Made by a program: the position numbers and the translations under genes. A DNA stretch of 64,000 bases from a virus, in the IMG/VR virus record IMGVR_UViG_3300032213_002832, positions 32,001-96,000 of that record, one strand, 5' to 3'. Below the pieces are notes generated by a model. That model did no database searches. It had not been told where the DNA came from and worked only from the letters and a program-made list of their open reading frames with translations. This document shows, in pieces, positions 28,854-38,629 of this stretch (within the stretch, counting starts at the first letter, position 1; each line of letters starts with the position of its first letter).

Positions 28854-30041
28854 ATGTCTAATAAGAAACAACTAGAGTTCGACTGCATCGCCGGATCCCA
28901 AGTTAGGGATACACAAGGCGAGATGCTTGACGTTGCCGGTGCTGATATATCTCATTTAGAACAAGGGCTTGGTCTTTGGAATGATAATCACGGTGCTGGG
29001 TACTTTAATACATTGGGTCGTATAACTTCAGCAAAGAAGATCTTTAAAGCTGAAGATTGTGAAAATGATCGACAGAGATATTACTGGGAAAAAGTAAAAA
29101 GCCCATACATATATGCTCGTGGCTATATGTTTGATGACGACCATCCAAACGCTAAAGCAGCGGCAGCCATATTAAGAAACATACATAATACTGATAGTCC
29201 ACTAAAGTTAAAAGCCTCTGTTGAAGGGGGTGTGATTGCTCGTGGTATTAATGATAGTAGCCTCTTAGCAAGAACCAAAATAACCAAAGTAGCCATTACA
29301 TTCACTCCTGCCAACAATGCCACCCTAGTTGAACCACTTAATCTAGATAAATCAAGTACTTGGGAACAAGACGAGATATTGATCAAATCAGTAATGCACC
29401 TTGCGAAAACAGATATCCCATCTTTTAGGCATATTACGCGATATGCCTCTGCAGAAAAGATTATAGATAATTTTAATAAAATTCGCAATATCGCTAAAGA
29501 GGCTGGCTTGAAAACACAACTACCCGAATATACTACTGATACTTTGATTCGCGAAGCAGTGTTAGAAAAAGTAACTGGTAACATTAATAAAATCAATGAC
29601 TTAATAAAAGGCAAGATTATACCAGGTACGACTGAAGATGTATTTCCAAAAACAATAGGCGCAATGAAGTTAGATGGTGACGATGTTGCTACTATGAGAC
29701 ATCATCAGCAACTACATCAAGCAGCCGCACTAAAAGATCCTACACATTCTGGTCGACTATATCATCAGGGGCAAATCAAAGAAATAGATGACCACATAGC
29801 TAAACTAAATAAAGCCCTGACTGCTGGCTATGGCGGAGCAGGTTCTCCCACTTCTATGACTGGCGGCTCTGTAATTCAATCAGAAGCATTGGATGATGGT
29901 AGGGGGAATGGTCTTAAGTATATAACATGTAACAACTGTGGTAAAGAACAAGTCTACATGAAGCACCAGGTTAAGTGTAGGTCCTGCAACCAGCATTACC
30001 CTATGTCTACACTATACGGTGTAATGGTTAAGAATAAGTAA
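28854..30041 (+). CDS. prohead protease with C-terminal capsid-like segment and Zn ribbon
   Basis: RDTQGE, NDNH (His), ASVEG (Ser), VAITFTPAN; between portal and MCP; C-terminal CNNC..CRSC. Confidence 0.85.
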   Translation: MSNKKQLEFDCIAGSQVRDTQGEMLDVAGADISHLEQGLGLWNDNHGAGYFNTLGRITSAKKIFKAEDCENDRQRYYWEKVKSPYIYARGYMFDDDHPNAKAAAAILRNIHNTDSPLKLKASVEGGVIARGINDSSLLARTKITKVAITFTPANNATLVEPLNLDKSSTWEQDEILIKSVMHLAKTDIPSFRHITRYASAEKIIDNFNKIRNIAKEAGLKTQLPEYTTDTLIREAVLEKVTGNINKINDLIKGKIIPGTTEDVFPKTIGAMKLDGDDVATMRHHQQLHQAAALKDPTHSGRLYHQGQIKEIDDHIAKLNKALTAGYGGAGSPTSMTGGSVIQSEALDDGRGNGLKYITCNNCGKEQVYMKHQVKCRSCNQHYPMSTLYGVMVKNK

Positions 30042-30073
30042 TTATAATTACTACATTAATTTTATAAAATACA

Positions 30074-30118
30074 ATGCACATATCTCCCACAATAATGAGG
30101 TATGTGCATAATTTTGTT
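30074..30118 (+). terminator. hairpin terminator
   Basis: ATGCACATATCTC..GAGGTATGTGCAT followed by T-rich tract. Confidence 0.55.
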
Positions 30119-30191
30119 TAACTAAGCCCATGTGATATAAAGGTAATTGCATTACGCAGTTTTGCAATATTAAAATATAGGAGAAAACAAA

Positions 30192-30599
30192 ATGGCGAAC
30201 AAAGAAGCGATGCTAGACAAGATTGCTCGCAATCTGAAGCAAAGAGGACTCGCGGAATCAGTAGTGGTTCGGGGTGCAACAAGTGTTTCTGTCACTAAAA
30301 CTGGTGGCGATGTGTTAACAATTTCTTATGTAGACAAGTCAGTTCAATCACCAATGGGTGGTGTAAGTGCTAGTGCTGCACCTTATCTAGGAATCGGCAT
30401 TGCTGCTCCTGGTTCACTTAAAGTTAAAGGCGCTGCTGCTGAAACTACTATTGCTGCAATCGTTGATACGACTGAAGCTCTACAAGTTTTGGCTGTACTA
30501 AGTGGTTTTGGAAATGATGTGATTATTGAATCTGGAGCTTCAACTGCTGAGCTTGCTCGTATTGCTGGAACTTCTGATCTACTAGGTATGGGAATGTAA
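30192..30599 (+). CDS. putative head structural or decoration protein
   Basis: A/G/S/T-rich, strong RBS, between protease and scaffold. Confidence 0.5.
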   Translation: MANKEAMLDKIARNLKQRGLAESVVVRGATSVSVTKTGGDVLTISYVDKSVQSPMGGVSASAAPYLGIGIAAPGSLKVKGAAAETTIAAIVDTTEALQVLAVLSGFGNDVIIESGASTAELARIAGTSDLLGMGM

Positions 30600-30659
30600 T
30601 CTAGTTTGGGTATAAGTAAATAGGTTACGAAAACCCTAAACTATAGGAAAGGAATACAG

Positions 30660-31331
30660 ATGAATGAGGAACTAATGAAATCCCTCACTTCCTTGATTGA
30701 CGAGTCCCTAGCGGAACTTGAGATCATGAAAAAGTCTGATCGTTTTTCTGCTACTGAGATCAAACTAGATGGACCGGGTACAGGAATTGCTGGCAAAGAT
30801 CCACAAGGTAGTCTTGGTAAAGACGAAGATAAAGACGAAGACGACGACGAAGATGAAGATGAAGAAGAAAAAGACGAAGACAAAAAACCAGAAATGGAAA
30901 AAGCTGAGTCTAAAAAAGAAGACAAAGACGAAGACAAAAAAGAAGACAAAGACGAAGATAAGAAAAAAGATATGGATGATATGAAGAAGTCGCTTGACGA
31001 GCAGTCAACACTACTTAAATCCTATGTTGATTCTAAATTTGCTAGCTTCGAGACCCAATTAGATAAGATCGCAAAACTTGTCTCTGATATTGCTGATGCA
31101 CCAGTAGCTCCAAAGAGTGTAAGCTATAAAAACATAGCTCCTCTTAAAAAGTCTGCAGGTTCACACGATGAAGAAGGCGAAAATGAGCCACTAACTAAGG
31201 GCCAAATTGTTGATAAGCTTTTTGATCTTAAGAAGTCGGGAACACGCGTAGATAGTGCAGATATAGCAAGCGCAGAATTGGCGAGTGGCCATGATCTTGC
31301 GAAAATCGCTAACAAATACAACATCAAATAA
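30660..31331 (+). CDS. head scaffold protein
   Basis: D/E/K low-complexity tract, coiled coil, repeated L/M-x-K-S motifs, directly upstream of MCP. Confidence 0.75.
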   Translation: MNEELMKSLTSLIDESLAELEIMKKSDRFSATEIKLDGPGTGIAGKDPQGSLGKDEDKDEDDDEDEDEEEKDEDKKPEMEKAESKKEDKDEDKKEDKDEDKKKDMDDMKKSLDEQSTLLKSYVDSKFASFETQLDKIAKLVSDIADAPVAPKSVSYKNIAPLKKSAGSHDEEGENEPLTKGQIVDKLFDLKKSGTRVDSADIASAELASGHDLAKIANKYNIK

Positions 31332-31343
31332 GGAGTAACATCG

Positions 31344-32792
31344 ATGTTCAATGATTCAGTTAACAACATTATGCAAGGTATCGAACAGGGTATTCTTACT
31401 CCTGATGAAGTAGAAAACCTGCAAAAAGCTATATCCGCGGGTTACGGATATGCTGGAAAACCAACCGACCTAACATACGGCGGAGTTATCCAAACAGAAT
31501 CGCTAGAAACAACTCTTAAGAGTGTTACTTTCGATATGAAAAACCTAAAAATGTGGCCAGCAATTTCAATGGATAAAGCCACTAACTTGTTCGAGCAATA
31601 CAATCGCTTAACAAGCTACGGTTCTGATTCCGCACCTTACCTAGCAGAAGGTGGAGCTCCTCAAGAAGAAGATAGCTCTTATATCCGTGATGGACAAAGG
31701 ATCGTGTTCTTTGGTACAAGACGTAAAGTTTCTCACCAAATGACATTGATCAAGACTACTGTTGGTGATGTAGTCGCTCAGCAAGCTAAAGAAGGAACAA
31801 TGCACCTTCTTAAGAATGTTGAAAGAGAACTATACTGGGGACAAGCACACTTTGCTAACGCATTGGGCGCTCACACCGGTGAAAACTCTGCTATTCCTGC
31901 AGATTCTATCGCAATGAGCGGATTGCTACAGCAGTTACTTAAGGGTGACTCTGATGAGCAACATCGTTCAGGTGATTTCGAAGGATACGGTTCATTCGAA
32001 TCCATCCTACGCGATCTAGATGGACAAGTAATTACTCAAGATGACGTTGAAGAGTTGGCAGTTGTTCTTTTAGAGAACTTCGGTTCACCTAGCGAAATCC
32101 ACATTGAGCCTCTAGCTCTAAGTTCTTTCGTTCGTCAGTTCTATCCACAATTCAGATCAGCTCCTGGTCTTTCTAACCAAACTGTTGGTTATGACGTATC
32201 CAAAGTAACCACAACTGCTGGTTCAATGGATCTTAAGCCAAACCTATTCTTGCGCCCACGCGGAAAAGCTCGTGAAAAAGCTGTTAACGCAAATTGCCCA
32301 GGACAACCAGCCGCATTCACCGGAGCTGCAGTTCCTGCAACCGGTAATCTAGAAGCTGGTACTTACCAGTACCGAATTACCGAAGTTTCAGATTTCGGCG
32401 AGTCCGCTCCTCGTAACATCACCGCTGCTGTTGTAGTAGCTGCTGATGGTAGCTCTGTTGCATTGACAATGCCAACCGCACAAGCTGGAACAAAGTACTT
32501 CAAAGTATATCGTTCTGCTGCTGGTGGTTCTGTTGCATCTGCTCAGTTCATCGGTAACTATAAAGTAGGTTTGGGAGCATACGTTGATGCTGATGCTAAG
32601 CGCCCAGGACTTGGTGAAGCTTTCATGTTAGACATGAGTGCTGAGTGCATGAGATTCAAGCAACTAGCTCCAATGAGCAAAATTAATTTTGCTATCGTTA
32701 CTACTGCTCTTGAATTTGCGATCGTATTGTACGGAGCTCTCTTCGTATATACTCCAAGATTCAACGGTGGATGGAGAAATGTTGGGAAGTAA
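31344..32792 (+). CDS. major capsid protein (Herelleviridae-like, with Ig/FN3-like insertion)
   Basis: LQK|AISAGYG..ESLETTLK, YNRLTSYG..EGG.P, ERELYWG, YQYRIT...GES.P...YFKVYRS insertion, QLAPMSKINFA, LYGAL. Confidence 0.92.
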   Translation: MFNDSVNNIMQGIEQGILTPDEVENLQKAISAGYGYAGKPTDLTYGGVIQTESLETTLKSVTFDMKNLKMWPAISMDKATNLFEQYNRLTSYGSDSAPYLAEGGAPQEEDSSYIRDGQRIVFFGTRRKVSHQMTLIKTTVGDVVAQQAKEGTMHLLKNVERELYWGQAHFANALGAHTGENSAIPADSIAMSGLLQQLLKGDSDEQHRSGDFEGYGSFESILRDLDGQVITQDDVEELAVVLLENFGSPSEIHIEPLALSSFVRQFYPQFRSAPGLSNQTVGYDVSKVTTTAGSMDLKPNLFLRPRGKAREKAVNANCPGQPAAFTGAAVPATGNLEAGTYQYRITEVSDFGESAPRNITAAVVVAADGSSVALTMPTAQAGTKYFKVYRSAAGGSVASAQFIGNYKVGLGAYVDADAKRPGLGEAFMLDMSAECMRFKQLAPMSKINFAIVTTALEFAIVLYGALFVYTPRFNGGWRNVGK

Positions 32793-32814
32793 TAAGTAAT
32801 TGATTTTACTGATA

Positions 32815-32850
32815 AAAGTGGCTGGTGTAAACCGGCCATTTTTTATTTAT
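32815..32850 (+). terminator. rho-independent terminator after MCP
   Basis: GTGGCTGGT-GTAA-ACCGGCCAT followed by TTTTT. Confidence 0.85.
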
Positions 32851-32903
32851 ATAACCTATAAAATTATTTATTTATGTACAATATCCATATGATGTGGAGA
32901 TGT

Positions 32904-33581
32904 ATGAAAAAGAAATGTCAATATATAGTTGTAGAAGGTTTGGATGGTGTTGGAAAAACAACACAAACTCAAAAATTAGTAGATTATCTACGTAGTCTAA
33001 ATTATAAGGTTTTACAAACAAAAGAACCAGGTTCTGAACATGCTCCACTAACAATGGAACTTCGTAATATAATGTTAAATGCTAAATATGATACCTCACT
33101 CACTGTCGCAGCAAGAGAACTCATTAGTCTTGCTATACGTTCCATCCATCTAGAAAAAGTTATTATACCAGCCCAATACGAGTACGACTTCATAATACAA
33201 GATCGTGGTATCCTATCTGGTCTCGCTTATGGTGAAGCATGTGGTAACGATTTAGGTTGGATAATGAATATTTCTAATACAATTGTTAAAAATGCGGATA
33301 AAACGCTAGATGGACAACCTACTTTGCTATATGATAAGGTAATAGTGTTATCTGGTAATGCTAAAAGTAGTTTACACAAAGCTGCCCAAGCTAAACAAGA
33401 GTTCACACACGGAGACGCAATAGAAAACAAAGGTGTATCCTTTATGGAATCTGTTGGTATAAATATGTTAAATTATTCTAATTTCTTTAATACTAGACAC
33501 ATTGATGTGGATGGTAAAAATATAGATGAAGTTTTTAGTGAAATCATTAATACTCTTAATTTAGAGGAAACCAATGTATGA
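32904..33581 (+). CDS. tmk: thymidylate kinase
   Basis: VEGLDGVGKTTQ, TKEPG, QDRG.LS..AY; start moved to ATG 32904. Confidence 0.9.
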   Translation: MKKKCQYIVVEGLDGVGKTTQTQKLVDYLRSLNYKVLQTKEPGSEHAPLTMELRNIMLNAKYDTSLTVAARELISLAIRSIHLEKVIIPAQYEYDFIIQDRGILSGLAYGEACGNDLGWIMNISNTIVKNADKTLDGQPTLLYDKVIVLSGNAKSSLHKAAQAKQEFTHGDAIENKGVSFMESVGINMLNYSNFFNTRHIDVDGKNIDEVFSEIINTLNLEETNV

Positions 33582-33655
33582 GTGAGCAAGAACAAGCGGT
33601 AGTTAAAGAAGAAAGTATGAGTGAGCAAGAACAAGCGGTAGTTAAAGAAGAAAGT
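33578..33655 (+). repeat. perfect 39-bp tandem duplication (MSEQEQAVVKEES x2)
   Basis: 33578-33616 is identical to 33617-33655. Confidence 0.95.
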
Positions 33656-35248
33656 GAAAAGAAACTTGCTCTTGTAGAGACATATGCTTCATTAGCAAAA
33701 ACTTTACGTCGTCATGTCAAAATGACTGATCTTATCGATGGTTCATCTTTTACTAAAGACATGGTCACTCATTACTTTAAGTCACTCTCTAGATTAGAAG
33801 AAGCCGCAAGAGAAGCTTTTCCAGAAAGTTTCTATGACGTTAAGATCAAAGACATAATTGGTCCTAAAAAATTAGCAGAATTACAAGATGCTGTAAAGAA
33901 ATACAAAAGATTTTTCATCACCACAGCTGTAGCTGGATGTCAGGCTGATACAAATTTTCTTAAAAGTATTCAAAGCTATTGTGCGAAAAATAATGCGGGA
34001 TTTCTCGTGTTAGTCGCATCAGATCCAGCTCATGTACATTCAAAGGGCGGATATGGAACTATTGATACTGACGTTATGGCTTATGGTGGTCAAGTAGTAT
34101 TGGCTGATACAGCGCTTAATAGTAATCTATATGTAAGCACACTAAAGCTAAGCGCCAAGCATATCGATCCTATTACCGGTTTATCACGAATTGGTCAACG
34201 TAATGGTAGTTTTATTTACGCATCACCTAAACAGAGATTAAAGGCTACTGCCGTATCTAATACCAAACTCCCACATATGCTAATGACTACTGGAGCAGTA
34301 ACAAGATCTAATTACTCTACAGATATCTATATGAGTGAACGTACAGCATATATCGCAGAAAATGACCATGTAATGGGTGGATTAATCATAGAGATTGAAG
34401 ATGATAAGATATATCATTTTAGACAAGTACAGGCAGATATTGATGGAGCATTTATTGATTTGGGTATTCAGTATAATGCTGACGAATCTGTAGAAAATAT
34501 AGCACCAGAAGCTTTCGTTTTAGGCGATTGGCATAGCGGCGAAACAGATCCTGTGGCTAAACAAGCGTGGGTTGAAGTTGTACAACAACTAGGTGTTAAG
34601 AAAGTTATATTACATGATACTTTTAATGGTCTCTCTATTAATCACCATGAAGATCATATGGGGATTTTGAAGGCACAGAGAGCTCATATGAATCAATTGG
34701 ATCTTGGATCTGAGTTGAAAGTATTGGCACAAGATTTAGATGATTGGGCTTTGCTTGTCGATTCAGTTGTAATTGTAAAATCAAATCATGACATCTTTCT
34801 AGAAAGATACCTCCAAGATGGCAAGTACGTCAAAGATCCCCATAACCACAAATTATCTCTTCATCTATCTTTAGCAATGCTAGATGGTAAAGATCCACTA
34901 CAATATGGCGTTGAAATGCAGGGATTGAAGAATCCAGATAAGATAGTATGGCTTAAGATGGATGATGATTATAAGATTGCTCATATCCAGTTAGGAGCAC
35001 ATGGTCATAAAGGGTCTAATGGAAGTAGGGGGTCTCTAAAAGCAATGGAGGCAGCTTATGGACAGTCTGTTTCTGGCCATGCTCATACACCAGAAATATT
35101 AAGACAAAGTTGGCAAACCGGTACAAGTAGTTATCTAAAACTATCTTATAATTCAGGCGCCAGCTCCTGGTTACATTCCAGTTGCCTGGTTTATTCCAAT
35201 GGCTCAAGACAGCTAATCAATGTTATGAACGGTAAATGGAAAGCCTAA
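33578..35248 (+). CDS. large-phage calcineurin-like metallophosphoesterase
   Basis: LGDWH, LHDTFNG, SNHD, HGH, GHAH motifs in the C-terminal half. Confidence 0.8.
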   Translation: MSEQEQAVVKEESMSEQEQAVVKEESEKKLALVETYASLAKTLRRHVKMTDLIDGSSFTKDMVTHYFKSLSRLEEAAREAFPESFYDVKIKDIIGPKKLAELQDAVKKYKRFFITTAVAGCQADTNFLKSIQSYCAKNNAGFLVLVASDPAHVHSKGGYGTIDTDVMAYGGQVVLADTALNSNLYVSTLKLSAKHIDPITGLSRIGQRNGSFIYASPKQRLKATAVSNTKLPHMLMTTGAVTRSNYSTDIYMSERTAYIAENDHVMGGLIIEIEDDKIYHFRQVQADIDGAFIDLGIQYNADESVENIAPEAFVLGDWHSGETDPVAKQAWVEVVQQLGVKKVILHDTFNGLSINHHEDHMGILKAQRAHMNQLDLGSELKVLAQDLDDWALLVDSVVIVKSNHDIFLERYLQDGKYVKDPHNHKLSLHLSLAMLDGKDPLQYGVEMQGLKNPDKIVWLKMDDDYKIAHIQLGAHGHKGSNGSRGSLKAMEAAYGQSVSGHAHTPEILRQSWQTGTSSYLKLSYNSGASSWLHSSCLVYSNGSRQLINVMNGKWKA

Positions 35249-35326
35249 AATAAACCACTCCAATCAATTGCGGTTACTGGCACTTCTGGTATAATAAGCA
35301 TAAGCTTATATACTATGGAGTGAATA

Positions 35327-35641
35327 GTGAAACCAACAAATATGCCATCAGGCGCACAAAGAAATGCAGAAGTAGGGTTAGTTTGGATAGAAATATTAAC
35401 AAACGCCCAAGGGTCATTTCAATTACCATTTCAAGCAACTTTTAGAGTACGTGCTACTGGCGCAACCACGGTAACAATCGGTGGCACTTTAGCTATGACA
35501 ATGTCTGCCGGTGAAATAGCTATTTTCAATGCAGGCACTGGCCCATCTGACACACTCTCTTACACTACTATCGTCATAGCTGGTGCTAACGCATTTGTTC
35601 AAAAAGCAGCAGACATCGAAAGCGGACGTATACGCAGATAA
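35327..35641 (+). CDS. small beta-rich putative virion protein
   Basis: TGGTATAAT promoter, GGAG RBS, GTG start. Confidence 0.55.
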   Translation: MKPTNMPSGAQRNAEVGLVWIEILTNAQGSFQLPFQATFRVRATGATTVTIGGTLAMTMSAGEIAIFNAGTGPSDTLSYTTIVIAGANAFVQKAADIESGRIRR

Positions 35642-35650
35642 GGAGTTTTT

Positions 35651-36703
35651 ATGAAGTTGGACAACTTTAAAGAACTTCTTGCTAAAAAAGCACAAGATGT
35701 TTCTATTAAAAATTTAATAAAGTTTATGAAAGATGATCTATTTGTAGATCTTGTTTATGAATCACTTGAGAAGATGGCGAGAGCCAGCCATAAAGGCGAT
35801 GCTGCTAATCTAGCTACTCGTGATTTTGGTACTGAAATGGATCCATCTCACGAGCCAAATATGATTCATGACGCATTATCACATCACGTGTCTAACTATA
35901 AGGCTGCACTTAATAGCGGAAATCATACCGTTGCTAATCAGCACGCTAAGCAAGTATTTAGAATAGTAGATATGGCTGATCAAGCACAAAAGCATTCTCA
36001 TGGTAAACTACAAGTCGAAGCAGTGTCTCCACATCCGTGGGAACGAAACAGTAAGACTAATAAGTATACTGCTGATGATGATAAGGTAAAAGATGGTTCA
36101 TACAAACCAGGTGAATTTAAAACAAAAACAAAAGGTTGGCGTTATAGAGGCAATGATTACGGGTTCCTACAACAGGCTCCTCATGAATCGTATTCAGGAG
36201 AGGTGCGTAGACATGGCCATAATAACGCATATCCTATGGAAGAGATAAAGGTTAATGGAAAACATGTTGATGTTGAAGATGTTAAGTCACCAACAACGTA
36301 TGCTGCTCATCCATTTGACTCGCATCCAATAATGCAGCACTTTGAAGAATCAGCTGGAAATAGAACTCCAGAAAGAGATAAGCAATATTTAGCAGAGCGT
36401 GACAAGTTTTCTGAGTCACCTGAGCTAGATAAATATTTCTCAAGCCAAGAAGAAAGACAAAACGCAGATCCAGAAAAAGCTCAACAACGCGGTAGTGTGA
36501 AGTCTTCACCTGTTCATAAGCAAGTTGAGCCACTAGATTTATCTAGCCAATCAAGTACAGAGCCAGGCCAACCAACAGATAAACCGGCTCCTAAGGCTAT
36601 AGTTAGAAAACCAAATCAAGCAAGTACATTATCAGACGAAGAAAGAGCAAAAGCAATATCTCTACTTCCACCTGACTTGCGTGCTAAATTAGGATTAGAA
36701 TAA
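35651..36703 (+). CDS. hydrophilic His-rich putative head-internal protein
   Basis: SLEK|M motif after helical N-terminus, low hydrophobicity, late cluster. Confidence 0.55.
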   Translation: MKLDNFKELLAKKAQDVSIKNLIKFMKDDLFVDLVYESLEKMARASHKGDAANLATRDFGTEMDPSHEPNMIHDALSHHVSNYKAALNSGNHTVANQHAKQVFRIVDMADQAQKHSHGKLQVEAVSPHPWERNSKTNKYTADDDKVKDGSYKPGEFKTKTKGWRYRGNDYGFLQQAPHESYSGEVRRHGHNNAYPMEEIKVNGKHVDVEDVKSPTTYAAHPFDSHPIMQHFEESAGNRTPERDKQYLAERDKFSESPELDKYFSSQEERQNADPEKAQQRGSVKSSPVHKQVEPLDLSSQSSTEPGQPTDKPAPKAIVRKPNQASTLSDEERAKAISLLPPDLRAKLGLE

Positions 36704-37767
36704 TGAGCACATATGATATAAATTCCATATCGGCTACAATAGATTTTATTCGTCAAAATAAAGATGAGTTAATAAAAAATCTATCAGCATATGAACATTT
36801 GCTTCATACACTAAAGAAAGCAGCAGATGAGCAGAATAAGAAGCAATACTCTAAAGATTGGGAAGCACGCAAAGACTATTCTCCCCAAGAATCTGCTGCT
36901 ATAAAGAAGTACGTTGATGATGGGTATTCTCCAAGAGAAGCAGAGAGACTTGCTGGAGCGCATCAAGGGCCAAAGAATTATAAAGCCGCATTACAATCTG
37001 GCGTTAATCCATCTATGCCATCAGATAAAATGATGGGTAATTTAAAAGGCTTGGCTAAAGAGTGGCTTGACTCAAATCGCAGTCGTGATTTAGCCGAAGC
37101 AGATCCAGTGAAAAATCCGATGAAGCATGCTTCAGGTCAAATGGAACAAGCTCATCAAAAACACACTGGAAACTATCACGAAGCATACAGCGACTTTCTA
37201 TCATCCGATGATGTTAAAAATCTTTCTCCACGAGATAGGCATAAAGCAGTTTCAGAGTGGAAGAATAAGTGGAAACAAGATAATCCAGAGTATGAAGAAG
37301 GATTAACATCTAATGTTTCTCAAACACAATCTAAATTTGCCGATGCCGCTAAAAATATAGAACAAAAGAATCAAGAAGCAGCTCAGCATATAGCTTTAGG
37401 CGGTGCGGGTGACGTTCATGATATGACAGATCAAGAAGCTATGCAGCATCTTAGCGGTAGTCAAAATGATGAAGGTTATAGTGGCGGATCTATCATTAAA
37501 GATCCTGCTGCTGATTTTGCAGCCAAAAACCCACGTTACATAAAAATCTTGAATCAAGAACAAATGGATAGAGTGAAAAGATTAGATGCAGCTGCTACTG
37601 CTCAGGGTAAAACTAGAACTCCAGTACAGCCACAAACACAAGAACAGAGCACACCTGCTGCCCAACCAGAAGCCGCTCCGAAAAAAGCAGTTGTTGTTAG
37701 AGCTGGTCAAAGGGTTAAAAACACAGCCGCACCAATTAAAATCACTCGCGATGATGAAGAGGAATAA
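36703..37767 (+). CDS. hydrophilic putative head-internal protein
   Basis: LIK|N and LKK|A motifs, late cluster. Confidence 0.55.
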   Translation: MSTYDINSISATIDFIRQNKDELIKNLSAYEHLLHTLKKAADEQNKKQYSKDWEARKDYSPQESAAIKKYVDDGYSPREAERLAGAHQGPKNYKAALQSGVNPSMPSDKMMGNLKGLAKEWLDSNRSRDLAEADPVKNPMKHASGQMEQAHQKHTGNYHEAYSDFLSSDDVKNLSPRDRHKAVSEWKNKWKQDNPEYEEGLTSNVSQTQSKFADAAKNIEQKNQEAAQHIALGGAGDVHDMTDQEAMQHLSGSQNDEGYSGGSIIKDPAADFAAKNPRYIKILNQEQMDRVKRLDAAATAQGKTRTPVQPQTQEQSTPAAQPEAAPKKAVVVRAGQRVKNTAAPIKITRDDEEE

Positions 37768-37770
37768 CAT

Positions 37771-38601
37771 ATGAGCATGAGTAGAACGCCAGAGTTGGAA
37801 ATGTTCCCATATCGCGCGACGGATCAATTTGAACCAACGTTTGAACGATATTGTCCACTTCCAACTGTATGTGATATGAAAGATAATAAGCTTTTTGGTA
37901 TACCATTAAGATCAGCATTGACTGGACAAGAATTAAAAGATAAAACTATTCAGTTCTATATGAATTCAGCAATATCAGAGATTGAGCATATGTTAGATCT
38001 CTATATTACACCAGTTAAATTCTTTGAAACACATGATTATGAGAGATCTAAGTTTACTTGGACTTACAACTACATGAAGTTAGATCATCCAAATATACTG
38101 AGCGTATCTAGAGTAGAGCTTAGTTTTTCCAATAACCCGCTAACACCTGGATTTGTACAGTTTCCATTAGAGTACGTGTATGTGCGTCCTCAAGAAGGCG
38201 TAATACAGCTAGTCCCAGCATACGGTACATCTATATCTGGTTTTCTACTATCTGCTTTTAGTGGTACACAGTTCCATGCCCTTCAATCAGCCGGCACGTC
38301 AAACTTTCCTGGTGGTATACGTGTAGAATATACTGCGGGATTTGCCGAAGATAAAGTACCTGTATCTATATGTGAACTTATTCAAACAATAGCAGCAATT
38401 AATATTTTGTCAGCATTAGGACCCATTTTGTTCCCTCAAACATCTGTCTCTATCTCTGTAGATGGTGCTTCGCAATCAACTGGCGGATTTGGTCCGAAAT
38501 ATCTTAACGATAGAATTGACCAGTTAAAAGAAGAGCGAGATAGAATGGTTGACGTCGTTAAGGGATACTATTGCCGTAGATTTCTCATAGATACTATTTA
38601 A
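37771..38601 (+). CDS. head-tail connector or neck protein
   Basis: LFGIPL, AISEIEHMLD..I.P, IRVEYTAGF, SISVDG.SQS pattern of large-phage neck proteins. Confidence 0.75.
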   Translation: MSMSRTPELEMFPYRATDQFEPTFERYCPLPTVCDMKDNKLFGIPLRSALTGQELKDKTIQFYMNSAISEIEHMLDLYITPVKFFETHDYERSKFTWTYNYMKLDHPNILSVSRVELSFSNNPLTPGFVQFPLEYVYVRPQEGVIQLVPAYGTSISGFLLSAFSGTQFHALQSAGTSNFPGGIRVEYTAGFAEDKVPVSICELIQTIAAINILSALGPILFPQTSVSISVDGASQSTGGFGPKYLNDRIDQLKEERDRMVDVVKGYYCRRFLIDTI

Positions 38602-38629
38602 GGGATAAAAGTGTTAAAAGGAGATAAAT

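Noticed and set aside
30820-30970. GACGAAGAC/AAAGAAGAC repeats as a DNA-level element
   Set aside because: They simply encode the D/E/K tract of the scaffold protein.
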